64,000 nt of DNA. It comes from an uncultured Gemmatimonadota bacterium (GTDB lineage: Bacteria; Blakebacterota; Blakebacteria; Blakebacterales; Blakebacteraceae). Shown piece after piece: positions 9,490-19,762 of this stretch. The translations under genes and the position numbers were made by a program. Position 1 is the stretch's first letter; each line of letters starts with the position of its first letter. The DNA is taken from assembly GCA_964576115.1 (NCBI GenBank), contig CAZNUA010000013.1, forward strand, positions 1 through 64,000, given 5' to 3'. Below the pieces are notes generated by a model. That model made no database searches. It was not told the DNA's origin and worked only from the letters and a program-made list of their open reading frames with translations.

Positions 9490-10890
9490 ATGACAGTGGA
9501 ACGGGAACGCATCAACGCACGGCTCTATGCCACCCTGAGCTCCGAATATCTGGCGGCCTTCCCCGGTACTGCCTCGCACCAGGAGCGGGCCGAACGGTCG
9601 CTGATCAAAGGCGGCAGCCATTCCCTGCGTCTGTTCGATCCTGCCCCTCTGCGCATCCGTCGGGCCACCGGCGCCACCGTCGAAGATGTCGACGGCAACA
9701 CCATCCTCGATTTCTGGCAGGGACACTACGCCAATATCCTCGGTCACAATCCTCCCCTGCTCACCGGTGCTCTCTCGGCCGGGCTGGGCGAGGGAATCGG
9801 GCTCCAGACCGGGATTGTCGACACCATCGAGATCGAGTACGCCGAGCTGCTTCTCTCGCTGACCGGTCTGGAGCGGCTGCGTTTCACCACCAGCGGCGCT
9901 CTGGCCAACCTGTATGCCGTCATGCTCTCGCGCGCCTACACCGGACGGGACATCACTCTGAAGGTCGGCGGCGGCTGGCAGGGCGCTCATCCCTTCGCGC
10001 TCAAGGGGGTGAGTTTCCGTGACGGGTACGATCATCCCGAAACCGAGGGTCTCTCCGAGGATGTCATGAAACGGGTTCTGCTGGCCCGTTACAACGATCC
10101 CGAAGACCTGCGGGCTGTTTTCGAGAAGCTCGGAGACCGCATCGCCTGCTTCATCGTCGAACCGTGGCTCGGCATGGGCGGCTTCATTCCGGCCGATCCC
10201 GAATACCTGACCGCCGCCCGCGCCCTCACCGAGCGGTACGGAGCCATGTTGATCTTCGACGAGATAATCTCGGGCTTCCGCTTCTGTGCCGGCGGAGTCG
10301 CACGTCTGTACGGCATCAAGCCCGATCTGACGACCTTCGCCAAGATTGCGGGCGGGGGACTGCCCCTGGCCGTGGTGGCCGGCCGGGCCGACCTGCTCGC
10401 ACTCTGCCATCCCGACAGTCCCCGGCGGGTCAAGTTCGATGGAGGAACATTCAGCGCTCACCCCGCCGCCCTGCTGGCCGGCCGGACCCTGGTCTCCTGG
10501 CTGGCCGAGCACGAGAGTGAGGTCTATCCCCGGTTGGGCGAACTGGGGCAGAAGATGCGCCGGGGCGTGGAGGAGGCGTTCGCCGCCGAAGGAGTGTTCG
10601 TACGCTGTACCGGCTACGGCAACCGGATCGCTCCCCACAGTTCGGTTGCCATGGTCAATTTCCCCTACGATGAGACGTGTGCTCTGAATCGTCCCGACCA
10701 GGTCTGGAATCCCGCGGTCTGCGATGTCGAACGGCGCGAACGGCTCCTGAAACTGGCCCTGCTTCTGGAACGGGTGCATGTCATGCACGGTCTGGGCACC
10801 CTCTCGACCGCGCACACCGAGGCCGATCTCGACTGGCTCTTCGACGCCTGCCGGGCTGCTGCCCGGCGGCTGAAGGAGACTCCACGGTGA
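9490..10890 (+). CDS. Class III PLP aminotransferase (glutamate-1-semialdehyde aminomutase-like)
   Basis: DVDGNTILDF, LIFDEIISGFR, TFAKIAGGGLP, GGTFSAHP. Confidence 0.85.
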   Translation: MTVERERINARLYATLSSEYLAAFPGTASHQERAERSLIKGGSHSLRLFDPAPLRIRRATGATVEDVDGNTILDFWQGHYANILGHNPPLLTGALSAGLGEGIGLQTGIVDTIEIEYAELLLSLTGLERLRFTTSGALANLYAVMLSRAYTGRDITLKVGGGWQGAHPFALKGVSFRDGYDHPETEGLSEDVMKRVLLARYNDPEDLRAVFEKLGDRIACFIVEPWLGMGGFIPADPEYLTAARALTERYGAMLIFDEIISGFRFCAGGVARLYGIKPDLTTFAKIAGGGLPLAVVAGRADLLALCHPDSPRRVKFDGGTFSAHPAALLAGRTLVSWLAEHESEVYPRLGELGQKMRRGVEEAFAAEGVFVRCTGYGNRIAPHSSVAMVNFPYDETCALNRPDQVWNPAVCDVERRERLLKLALLLERVHVMHGLGTLSTAHTEADLDWLFDACRAAARRLKETPR

Positions 10891-11392
10891 CCCGACCGCA
10901 GCCGGTCCTGCTGCCGGCCCTCGACCTGCTGGCCCTGATCCTCGGTCTCTGCCTGCTGCACTACCATCCCTCACGCCCCCTGCCGGCCGACGCACCCGCT
11001 TCGGTGGCGATCATGCTCGAAATCGCCCGGATGCTCGCCAGTGAATCATCCCTGCCGAACGATGTCGTCTTCCTCTTCACCGACGCCGAGGAGATCGGAC
11101 TGTGGGGCGCTCGCGGGTTCGTGCAGGATCATCCATGGGCCGGAGAGGTCGGTGCGGTGATCAACATGGAGGCCCGCGGCACATCGGGCCCGAGCCTGGT
11201 CTCCTGTTCTCCCTGCTCACCCTCGTCGTACCGGCCCTGATCTGGTTCGAGGTCGAACTGCTCTTTTACGATGCCATCGGTTTCAGCTGGCCGCCGGTTC
11301 TCGCCCTGCGGGCCGCCCTCTTCGCCACTCTGCTCCTGCCCGCCGCCGCCCGCTCCTCTCAGCCATTGCCAGATACTTCTTCGGAGTATTGA
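10887..11392 (+). pseudogene. Eroded membrane-associated M28 peptidase (internal deletions plus frameshift)
   Basis: PLPADAPA joined directly to SVAIMLE..FLFTDAEEIGLWGA..INMEARGTSGPS; a TM segment then continues in another frame. Confidence 0.7.
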
Positions 11393-11472
11393 TTACTCCT
11401 CGTGCCTCAAGGCACGAGCGCGGGCTTCGGGCGGAAAACAACTGCATCTCCCACTCACAGAGGGCGAAACCG

Positions 11473-12498
11473 ATGAATATCGATGAGCTTGTACAGACAG
11501 CAGAAGCCATGGTCGCACCCGGCCGGGGAATCCTGGCGGCCGATGAAAGCACAGGCACGATTACCAAGAGACTGGCGGGTATCAATGTCGAGAGTACCGA
11601 AGAAACCCGCCGGGCCTACCGCGAACTGCTCTTCACCACCGCCGGTGCCGAGGAATATATCAGTGGTGTGATCCTGTTCGATGAAACCATCCGCCAGGCG
11701 ACCGCCGACGGCGTTCCCTTCCCCGAAATACTGAGTTCGAAAGGCATCATTCCCGGGATCAAACCCGACAAGGGGGCCAAGCCGCTGGCCGGCTTCCCCG
11801 GCGAGAAGATCACCGAGGGGCTCGACGGCCTGCGCGAGCGCCTGCAGGAGTACTACGAACTCGGCGCCCGTTTCGGCAAGTGGCGGGCGGTCATCACCAT
11901 CGGTGAGGCCATCCCCAGCCGGTTCTGCCTCGAGGCCAACGCCCACGCCCTGGCCCGCTACGCCGCCCTCTGTCAGGAGTCGGGTCTGGTACCGATCGTC
12001 GAACCCGAAGTGCTCATGGACGGAGATCACACGCTGGAACGCTGTGAAGAGGTGACCGAGCTCACCCTCCGGTTTCTGTACGAGGCTCTGGCCGAGCACC
12101 ATGTGATGCTTGAGGGTACCATCCTCAAACCCAACATGGTCATCTCGGGCAAGGAATGTCCGGTCCAGGCCGCTCCCGGGCAGATCGCCGAAGCCACCAT
12201 CCGTACCTTCGCACGAGCCGTTCCGGCCGCCGTACCCGGGATCGTGTTTCTCTCCGGCGGACAATCCCCGGTCCAGGCCACCGAGAACCTGAATGCCATG
12301 AACGCCCTCGGTCTCGATCTGCCGTGGGAACTCAGCTTTAGTTATGGCCGGGCCCTGCAGGAGCCCGTGCTCAAAGCCTGGCTCGGGGAGGCCGGGAACG
12401 TCCCGACCGCCCAGGCGGCCTATCTGCACCGGGCCAGGATGAACGGCGCCGCCCGCACCGGCACCTGGACGCCCGAGACCGAAGGCGAGGCAGCCTGA
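11473..12498 (+). CDS. Fructose-bisphosphate aldolase class I
   Basis: GILAADES, VPIVEPEVL, LKPNMV, FLSGGQ, SFSYGRALQ. Confidence 0.95.
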   Translation: MNIDELVQTAEAMVAPGRGILAADESTGTITKRLAGINVESTEETRRAYRELLFTTAGAEEYISGVILFDETIRQATADGVPFPEILSSKGIIPGIKPDKGAKPLAGFPGEKITEGLDGLRERLQEYYELGARFGKWRAVITIGEAIPSRFCLEANAHALARYAALCQESGLVPIVEPEVLMDGDHTLERCEEVTELTLRFLYEALAEHHVMLEGTILKPNMVISGKECPVQAAPGQIAEATIRTFARAVPAAVPGIVFLSGGQSPVQATENLNAMNALGLDLPWELSFSYGRALQEPVLKAWLGEAGNVPTAQAAYLHRARMNGAARTGTWTPETEGEAA

Positions 12499-12581
12499 CT
12501 CCACGACATCCGGGGCCCCGTCAGCCAACCGGGACCACAGGCTGTCGATCGTACAGCATCCTGCCCGAGGTATCGCCGCCG

Positions 12582-13256
12582 CTACGGTTCCGGTTCGATC
12601 CAGGGTCGGGCGAAGCGGTCTTCATACGCGTCGTTCCGCTTCAACTGCATATCCCAGTAGAAGTTGCCCACTCCAATCCGTTGCAGCAGGGCGAAGATGG
12701 TCCGGCGCAGCGGTGACATCTTCTCCCGCGGCGCCAGCCGGCGCAGCACACCGGGGTCGAAACCGCTGGTTTCGGACAGGGTCATTCCCAGTTCCCGCAT
12801 CAGGGCGTAGAGTCGGCGGGTCATCCACGGCGGACGCGCCTGGATGCCCTCGACTCCGCCGCGTACCGTCGTGCCCAGATAGCGGCAGCCGAGCCGGCGG
12901 GTGAATCGGGTCAGGTACCGCTCGACCGGTCGCGAGTGAGCCGCCTCGGGAAAACCGGACTGCACCAGGAAGGCCAGGGGCGGGTGATGCGTCTGGTCCG
13001 GCAGGGCGGCCAGATCCTCGAAGAACTGCTTGACCAGGCCGGGCATGGCGTCGGTGTAAAGGGGAAAGGCGATCAGAACGGCATCGGCGGCGGTGATGAG
13101 CTGCAGCTGCCGCTCCCGTTCCCGCGAACGTACCAGATAAAGGATGTCGACCACCTCGCGGTCGGTTGCCTCGAGCCCGGCGGCGATATGCCCGAGCAGG
13201 ATCCGGGTGTTGCTCTTCGGACCGCGCGGCGAGCCGTTACAGAGCACCCAGCGCAT
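12582..13256 (-). CDS. Flavodoxin-fold NAD(P)H-dependent oxidoreductase
   Basis: NGSPRG..SNT, AFPLYTDAMPG, QSGFPE. Confidence 0.8.
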   Translation of the reverse strand: MRWVLCNGSPRGPKSNTRILLGHIAAGLEATDREVVDILYLVRSRERERQLQLITAADAVLIAFPLYTDAMPGLVKQFFEDLAALPDQTHHPPLAFLVQSGFPEAAHSRPVERYLTRFTRRLGCRYLGTTVRGGVEGIQARPPWMTRRLYALMRELGMTLSETSGFDPGVLRRLAPREKMSPLRRTIFALLQRIGVGNFYWDMQLKRNDAYEDRFARPWIEPEP

Positions 13257-13788
13257 CGGCCACCTCCTCGGGAGCGCACGACGTGGTCTCGATGAAGGGG
13301 ACCGTCGTCTTCATGTTCAGGGCGAACCGCCGGAAGAGCGTGGCGGTGATCTCGACGTCTTCAGCCCCGGTGTCGGGCTCGGGGGAGAGGACCAGGCTGA
13401 AGAGCGGGTAGCCCTCGTACCTGGCCCGGTGATGGTTCTCACCCTCGACGAACTCGAAGTAGGGATGCACCAACGGGATCATCCGGTCCCAGGTCATTTT
13501 CGTCAGGGCGTTGACGAAACCCGCGACCAGGGGGGCCGCGAAAAGGGTCAGGTCCGAATGCAGGATCCGGGTCAGGATCTCGTCCATGTCGTCGCGGAAC
13601 ACACACCGGCCGGGGGTTTTGACCCAGCAGTCCCAGCAGCCGGTGCAGTGGTTGATCTCGCTCTTCCGCAGGGCGACGGTGTCGGTCTCCGAACCCCGTT
13701 CGTGCAGGGCGGCGGCCAGACGTTCGAGCCAGCCCATAGCGGGGGCGAGGGATGGTTCGGGATGACCATCGAGGATCAGAATGTGCAT
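13237..13788 (-). CDS. Flavodoxin family / iron-sulfur flavoprotein
   Basis: CTGCWDCW..TPGRC..DDM; paired with the downstream flavodoxin-fold gene. Confidence 0.85.
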   Translation of the reverse strand: MHILILDGHPEPSLAPAMGWLERLAAALHERGSETDTVALRKSEINHCTGCWDCWVKTPGRCVFRDDMDEILTRILHSDLTLFAAPLVAGFVNALTKMTWDRMIPLVHPYFEFVEGENHHRARYEGYPLFSLVLSPEPDTGAEDVEITATLFRRFALNMKTTVPFIETTSCAPEEVADALGAL

Positions 13789-13990
13789 GCCATCATCCTC
13801 CCGTGAGGAACTGCTGCGGGCTTCACGGGAACAGTACCACATTTCGCCTTGCTCACCGTGATGAAATCGGCGGGATATCGCTGGCGGGCAGGGAAACCTG
13901 CCGTCGGTGTCCTGCGTAGTATGAAGTGTACAATAGCAGGTGCCGTGTGGGGGGCACTATTACCGGGGATCGATCGACGGGAGAATCCAC

Positions 13991-16453
13991 ATGGTCACGC
14001 TGCTCCAGGACCTGCGTTTCGGCGCCAGACTGCTCCTGAAAGAAAAGGCTTTCACGATCACGGCCCTGCTGACCCTGGCGGTCTGCATCGGGGCCAACGC
14101 GACCATCTTCAGCGCCATCAACACCATCCTGCTGCGGCCGCTGCCCTTTGCCGACGCCGACCGGCTGGTGACCGTCTTCAATTCGTATCCTGGCGCCGGG
14201 GCACCGATCGGCTCGAACGCCTCAGCCGACTACTTCTTCCGCCGCGAGGCGGTCGAGGCCTTCGCCGATCTGGCCCTGTACCAGAACTACGCCAACACCA
14301 TCGGGGAGGGAGAGAGCCCGGTCCGGGTCATGAGCACCCGGATCACCCCCTCCTTCTTCACCACCCTCGGGGTCGAGCCGGCCCTGGGGCGCACCTTCAC
14401 CGACGAGGCCATGGACATCGGCAGGCAGTTCGAGATCGTCCTCGACCACGGTTTCTGGCAGGAACGCTTCGCGGCCGACCCCGGAGTGCTGGGACAGGAG
14501 CTGCGCGTCGACGGCACCGACTACACCATCGTCGGGGTCATGCCGGCCGACTTCAGGTTCGGTGATCGGGAGACGAGTTTCTACCTGCCGATTCCCCTCT
14601 CCGAACAGGAGCGGGGGCTGGAGAACCTGCACAGCAACAGCTACGAGATGATCGCCCGGCTGGCACCGGGATCCTCTGTCGAGCAGGCGACCGAGCAGAT
14701 CGAGGCGCTGAATGCCTCACTCACGGCGCAGTCCCCGATTCCCGATGCCGCTCGGCTCCTGGCCGACACCGGCTTCCACACCGAGGTCCACCCAAGGCAG
14801 GATTTTCTGGTGCGGGACATCGCTCCCTCCCTCTACATGCTCTGGGCGGGTGTCCTGCTGGTGCTGCTGATCGGCTGTGTCAACATCGCCAATCTGCAGC
14901 TGGCCCGGGCCCGGGCCCGGCTGGCCGAGGTAGCGACCCGTTTCGCGATCGGAGCCTCGCGCGCCCGCCTGACCCGTCAGCTCCTGAGCGAGAGTGTCCT
15001 GCTGGCCGTGGCGGGCGGCGGACTCGGTCTGGGTGTGGCGGCCCTGGGGCTCAAACTTCTCGAAGTGCTTGGTGCTCAGCAGCTGCCGCGGGGAACCGAT
15101 ATTGGTCTCGATACGACGGTGCTCCTGTTCACCCTCATCCTTGCTGTCGGCTCGGGCGTCATCTTCGGTGCCATTCCCCTCTTCAGCCTCTTCCGAATGG
15201 ATCTGAGCACCGTTTTCCGGCAGGAGAGCCGCACCGCGACAGCCGGGCGCCGAACCCTGCTGCTGCGCGACGCCCTGGCTGTGGTCCAGGTGGCGGTCGC
15301 CTTCGCCCTGCTCGTCGGTGCCAGTTTGCTATTTACCAGTTTCCGCCGGATGCTCGAGGTCGAGCCGGGCTTCGAACCCGAGAACGTGCTGACCGGTATG
15401 GTCATGCTCCCCGAGGCCCGTTATCCCGACGGGGCCAGCCTGCGCAGCTTCACCACCCGTCTGCTCGACGAGGTCCGCTCCATACCGGGCGTCGAAGCGG
15501 CGACGGTGACAGACATGCTTCCCTTCGGCGGCAACAACAACTCGAGTGTCATCTTCCCCGTCGGCCATGAATTCGCCGAAGGTGAGTCGATCCTCTCACC
15601 ATTCCGGACGCGGGTGACGTCGGGCTACTTCGAGACCCTGGGCATTCCCATCCTGCAGGGACGGGGGATCGAGGCCACTGACACCGGCTCATCGGAGCGG
15701 ATCGTGGTTATCGACGAGTGGCTGGCCCGGCGCTACTGGCCCGAGGAGAGTCCCGTGGGCAAGCTCATGCTGCGCGGCGCGCCGGGCATGGAGGAGGATC
15801 CCAGCCTGATCCACCGCGTGGTCGGGGTGGTGGGACAGATCCAGCAGAACAGTCTATCCGAGACCGAACACTCCGGCGCCTACTACCTGCCCATGATGCA
15901 GGGGATCGGGCGGTTTCACCGTCTGGCGGTACGCACCCGGGTCGAACCGGTCTCGCTCACCCGGCCGATCCAGGCGGCGATCGTGCGCATCGATCCCGAT
16001 CTCCCCTTCTCGGGAGTGCAGACCATGACCGGGATGATCGAGGGCTCAATGCAGGCCCGGCGGGCAACGATGCTCCTGCTGATCGTCTTCGCGGGAGTGG
16101 CACTCTTCCTGGCGGCGGTCGGGATCTACGGCGTGCTGGCGTATGTCGTGAGCCAGCGCACCCGGGAACTGGGGATCATGCTTGCTCTGGGCAGCGGGAC
16201 ACAGCGTGTCTTCGGGCTGGTGCTGCGGCAGGGACTCATCGTGCTCGGTATCGGGCTCATGGTCGGTCTGGGGCTCACCCTGGGTATCCTTGCCGGTCTG
16301 GTGCGCACCCTGCTCTTCGGGGTTCAGCCGCTCGAACCGGCGGTGTACGTGATCGTCATCGCGATCCTGGGGGCCATCGCGATCCTCGCGGCCTTCTTTC
16401 CGGCCCGGCGGGCGACCCGGATCGATCCTGTTTCGACGCTGAAATACGATTGA
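13991..16453 (+). CDS. ADOP-type (duplicated MacB/FtsX) orphan ABC permease
   Basis: QDLRFGARLL, LLIGCVNIANL, GFEPENVL, QRTRELGI, ARRATRIDP. Confidence 0.9.
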   Translation: MVTLLQDLRFGARLLLKEKAFTITALLTLAVCIGANATIFSAINTILLRPLPFADADRLVTVFNSYPGAGAPIGSNASADYFFRREAVEAFADLALYQNYANTIGEGESPVRVMSTRITPSFFTTLGVEPALGRTFTDEAMDIGRQFEIVLDHGFWQERFAADPGVLGQELRVDGTDYTIVGVMPADFRFGDRETSFYLPIPLSEQERGLENLHSNSYEMIARLAPGSSVEQATEQIEALNASLTAQSPIPDAARLLADTGFHTEVHPRQDFLVRDIAPSLYMLWAGVLLVLLIGCVNIANLQLARARARLAEVATRFAIGASRARLTRQLLSESVLLAVAGGGLGLGVAALGLKLLEVLGAQQLPRGTDIGLDTTVLLFTLILAVGSGVIFGAIPLFSLFRMDLSTVFRQESRTATAGRRTLLLRDALAVVQVAVAFALLVGASLLFTSFRRMLEVEPGFEPENVLTGMVMLPEARYPDGASLRSFTTRLLDEVRSIPGVEAATVTDMLPFGGNNNSSVIFPVGHEFAEGESILSPFRTRVTSGYFETLGIPILQGRGIEATDTGSSERIVVIDEWLARRYWPEESPVGKLMLRGAPGMEEDPSLIHRVVGVVGQIQQNSLSETEHSGAYYLPMMQGIGRFHRLAVRTRVEPVSLTRPIQAAIVRIDPDLPFSGVQTMTGMIEGSMQARRATMLLLIVFAGVALFLAAVGIYGVLAYVVSQRTRELGIMLALGSGTQRVFGLVLRQGLIVLGIGLMVGLGLTLGILAGLVRTLLFGVQPLEPAVYVIVIAILGAIAILAAFFPARRATRIDPVSTLKYD

Positions 16454-16488
16454 AAGACAGGCCCTCGACCCCTGGCACATGCACTTCC

Positions 16489-16526
16489 CGCGGAGTTCCG
16501 GACGCGATCGCGTCCGGATCTCCGCG
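16489..16526. terminator. GC-rich palindrome between convergent permease genes (probable bidirectional terminator)
   Basis: cgcggag-t-TCCGGACGCGATCGCGTCCGGA-t-ctccgcg; perfect 22-bp core at 16497-16518. Confidence 0.55.
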
Positions 16527-16535
16527 AGGAGGGAT

Positions 16536-19256
16536 TTATTCTTCTCTGACTGCGTCCACCGGATTCACACCGCGGGCCCGCCGGGCGGGCAGCCAGGCCG
16601 CCGTGAGTCCGATGGCCAGCATCAGAGCGGCTACTCCCAGCGGCAGAATGACGGTCGGTTGAGCCAGGCCGAAAAGCAGGCTGGAGAGGGCGAACATGAT
16701 GCCGATCCCCACCAGGCTGCCGATCAGCACGCCGGTCAGTGTCATGCGGCCGATCCGGACCAGAACCAGACGGGTGATGTCCGACGGGGCGGCGCCCAGC
16801 GCGAACCTGATGCCCATCTCACGCATTCGCCGCGAGACGGTGTACGAGATGACGGCGTAAATTCCCACCGCGGCGAGAATGAGCGCTATCGCGGCGAAAA
16901 CGACGAAGGCCCAGGTTCCGATCTCGATCGGCCAGAGATCGCGTCTGAGGAGCTCCTCCATGGTCGCGATCTCGAAGAGCGGCAGGTCGGGATCGATCGA
17001 CCCGAGGATTTCCTTGAGCGGCTCCACCACTGCGAGCGGGTCGCCGCCGGTGCGCGTGACCAGGTGCATCCGGTCTAAAGGAAGGGCTCCGGTCGGAATA
17101 TAGCACCCCGCCTCAGAGGAACTTTCCGGGTCGAGTCCGGTGATGTCGGCCACCACGCCGACGACTTCGATCCAGGGCCGGTCGGCCTCGACACCGCCCC
17201 AGTGCAGGCGTTTACCCAGCGGATTTTCTCCGGGCCAGTTCTGCCGGGCGAAGGTCTCGTTCACGATCACCACCGGCGGCGACCCGATGGCCTGCTCGGC
17301 GGCGGTGAAATCCCGTCCCTGGAGAAGAGGTGTCCCGACGGCGCGGAAATATCCGGATCCGATCATCCAGAAGAGGGTTATGTCGGCCGGCTCCCCCGGT
17401 TCGGTGACCCGGCCTTCGATGGTGAAGCTCCGCCCCCGGAGCGAATGTCCCTCCGGCAGACCGGTCGTGACCGAAGCGCTGATCACATCGGGCACTGCCT
17501 GCAGGCGTTCCTGCAGGGTGGTGAAGAAGGCCATTTTCTCTTCATCGGTCGGATAGGCGAAGGAGGGCAGGAAGATCGTTGCGGTGAGAAGGTTCTCTTT
17601 CTCGTAGCCGGGATCGATGGCCCGGAAGCTCAGGTAGCCCTGCATGATCAGTCCGGTCGTGGCCAGCACGATCACGGCCAGGGTCACCTCGGCCGTGACC
17701 AGGGTGCGTCGCAGGCGGCCCTCCCGCCGGCCGCTCGAGGAGGTTCCCCCCCGGGCCAGGAGCCGGGCGGGATCGGCCCGCGTTGCTCCCAGAGCCGGAG
17801 CGGTACCGAAAACGATGCCGGTCAGCACCACCAGGGCGAGGATGGCGATGAGGATGCCGGGATCGGTGCGGAAGGAGAGGTACGAGGGCAATTCGATCGG
17901 CACCCCGGCGAGAAGCAGGCGCCGGCCGGCTTCGCCGATCAGATAGCCCAGGACACCGCCCCCCAGAGCGAGCAGCAGGCTCTCGGTCAGGAGCTGGCGC
18001 ACGAGACGGCCCCGACGGGCCCCGAGCGAGGAGCGTACGGCCAGCTCGGTCTGCCGGGTGCTGTAGAGCGCCAGCATGAGATTGGCGGTGTTGGCGCAGG
18101 CCAGCAGGAGGACCAGGCAGACGACGGCGTAGATGATCAGCAGGGGTGCCTGGATATCGCGGTAGAGCCACTGGCGCAAAGGCATCACCCCGGCTGTGAT
18201 ACCCTCGTAGTCCTCGGGCCTTTCGGCCGCGATGGCAGCTGTGATGGTGGCCATCTCGGTTTGAACCGAGGTCAGGGACACATCTTCTGCCCGCCGGCCC
18301 ACCACCCAGAGAAAGTGGGCGTCCCAGAGGCTCTCGCCCTCCGGAGCCTGGATCCGGAGGGGAATATAGAAATCGGCGTTGTCGGGGAAGCGGAATGCCT
18401 CGGGGGCGATCCCGATCACTTCATAGTGTTCTTCATCCAGGGTAACGGTCCGACCCACGAGGTCGGGATCGGCTCCCCAGCGACGGTGCCAGAGACTGTG
18501 AGAGACCACGGTCACGGCCGGAGCGTCGGGATCGAAATCGTTGGTGGCCATGAACCGGCCGCATGCCGGGGCGATCCCGAGCACACCGAAAAGATCACCC
18601 GCAAACCGCGCGACGCGCAGTCGCTCCGGCTCGCCCGCCCCGGTGAGGTTGCGGTCGTCGGCATGGTAGGCGGCCAGGTTCTCGAAACTGCCGGCCCGTT
18701 CCCGCCAGATCTCGTAGGCGGGAGGGGAGATCCCCATGCGGGAGCCGCCGTACTCGGCGCTCCGTTCGCAGAGAAAAAGCAGACGATCGCCTTCGGCGTA
18801 GGGCAGGGGGCGCATCAGCACGGCATGCAGCAGGCTGTAAATGGTGGTATTGGCGCCGATCCCGACCGCGATGGTGAGCAGGGCCGCCACGGTGAAGGCG
18901 GGCCGCTTGAACAGGGTACGCAGGCCGTGCCGCACGTCGTGACGCAGGGCGGTTGTGAAGCCGTCCCGCTCGCGGCTCTCCCCCCAGCCGTGCGATGACC
19001 TGCGGTAACGCCGGGCGGCCAGGATCACGTCGGCGTCGCGGCTGCGGCCCCGTCTGAGAGCGGCGGCGAGGAAAGCCGCCCCCAGGGCCAGGCATTCGCG
19101 CCAGTACCAGAGTCGGGCCCGGGTCGGGCCGAGACGGGGCACGATCTGGTCGACATACTCCTCGGCCAGTTCGGCTGAAACGACCGGGCGGGCCGTGCGC
19201 GGCAGGACGAGGCGCAGCAGGGCCGTCGGCAGGCGGGGCAGGTCGAGGCCGGCCAT
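16536..19256 (-). CDS. ADOP-type orphan ABC permease with permease-prefix domain
   Basis: ARLWYWRE prefix, HDVRHGLRTL, LLACANTANL, REMGIRFALGA; coupled to padR. Confidence 0.9.
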   Translation of the reverse strand: MAGLDLPRLPTALLRLVLPRTARPVVSAELAEEYVDQIVPRLGPTRARLWYWRECLALGAAFLAAALRRGRSRDADVILAARRYRRSSHGWGESRERDGFTTALRHDVRHGLRTLFKRPAFTVAALLTIAVGIGANTTIYSLLHAVLMRPLPYAEGDRLLFLCERSAEYGGSRMGISPPAYEIWRERAGSFENLAAYHADDRNLTGAGEPERLRVARFAGDLFGVLGIAPACGRFMATNDFDPDAPAVTVVSHSLWHRRWGADPDLVGRTVTLDEEHYEVIGIAPEAFRFPDNADFYIPLRIQAPEGESLWDAHFLWVVGRRAEDVSLTSVQTEMATITAAIAAERPEDYEGITAGVMPLRQWLYRDIQAPLLIIYAVVCLVLLLACANTANLMLALYSTRQTELAVRSSLGARRGRLVRQLLTESLLLALGGGVLGYLIGEAGRRLLLAGVPIELPSYLSFRTDPGILIAILALVVLTGIVFGTAPALGATRADPARLLARGGTSSSGRREGRLRRTLVTAEVTLAVIVLATTGLIMQGYLSFRAIDPGYEKENLLTATIFLPSFAYPTDEEKMAFFTTLQERLQAVPDVISASVTTGLPEGHSLRGRSFTIEGRVTEPGEPADITLFWMIGSGYFRAVGTPLLQGRDFTAAEQAIGSPPVVIVNETFARQNWPGENPLGKRLHWGGVEADRPWIEVVGVVADITGLDPESSSEAGCYIPTGALPLDRMHLVTRTGGDPLAVVEPLKEILGSIDPDLPLFEIATMEELLRRDLWPIEIGTWAFVVFAAIALILAAVGIYAVISYTVSRRMREMGIRFALGAAPSDITRLVLVRIGRMTLTGVLIGSLVGIGIMFALSSLLFGLAQPTVILPLGVAALMLAIGLTAAWLPARRARGVNPVDAVREE

Positions 19257-19588
19257 CAGAGATCCCCCAGAACCGGCTCGAGCCCGGACCACATGCTCTG
19301 CAGGGCGGTACGGGCTGCGGCCAGCGCCTCGATACCCTCGGGCTCGACCGCGTAGTACCGCCGCACCATGCCGGTCCGGGGCCCCGGGGAATCGGCCTTG
19401 GCCGAACTCAGCACGCCTTTTTCTTCGAGCCGGTCGAGAGTGGTGTAGACGGCGCCGCGGGAAACACTGCGCCCGGTGCACTCCTCGATCTCGCGCCTGA
19501 TCGCCACTCCGTAGGCTTCTGTCTTCAGACGCAGGATGGCCAGCAGGACGAGCTGTTCGAATTCTCCGATCGGGGCGGCATTGCCCAC
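19256..19588 (-). CDS. PadR family regulator (ADOP-associated)
   Basis: IGEFEQLVLLAIL, AYGVAI, GAVYTTLDRLE; GGAGG RBS before GTG. Confidence 0.9.
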   Translation of the reverse strand: MGNAAPIGEFEQLVLLAILRLKTEAYGVAIRREIEECTGRSVSRGAVYTTLDRLEEKGVLSSAKADSPGPRTGMVRRYYAVEPEGIEALAAARTALQSMWSGLEPVLGDL

Positions 19589-19607
19589 GGCAAACCTCCA
19601 GAACAGG

Positions 19608-19690
19608 GGAGATGACACAACGATCATCTCCATGATGACAACATTGTGGTGACGACTACATTGTGTTCATCACGATGACGACAATGTATA
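19608..19690. promoter_or_regulatory. Direct and inverted repeat array upstream of padR (candidate operator)
   Basis: gatgacaACATTGTG / gacgactACATTGTG 17 bp apart; TACATTGT..ACAATGTA inverted pair; ggagatga..tcatctcc hairpin. Confidence 0.55.
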
Positions 19691-19762
19691 CGTCCCGGGG
19701 CGGACTGAAGTTTCAGCCGGATGATCGGGAAGTGCCGGACGATAGGGAGAAGACCGATCCAC

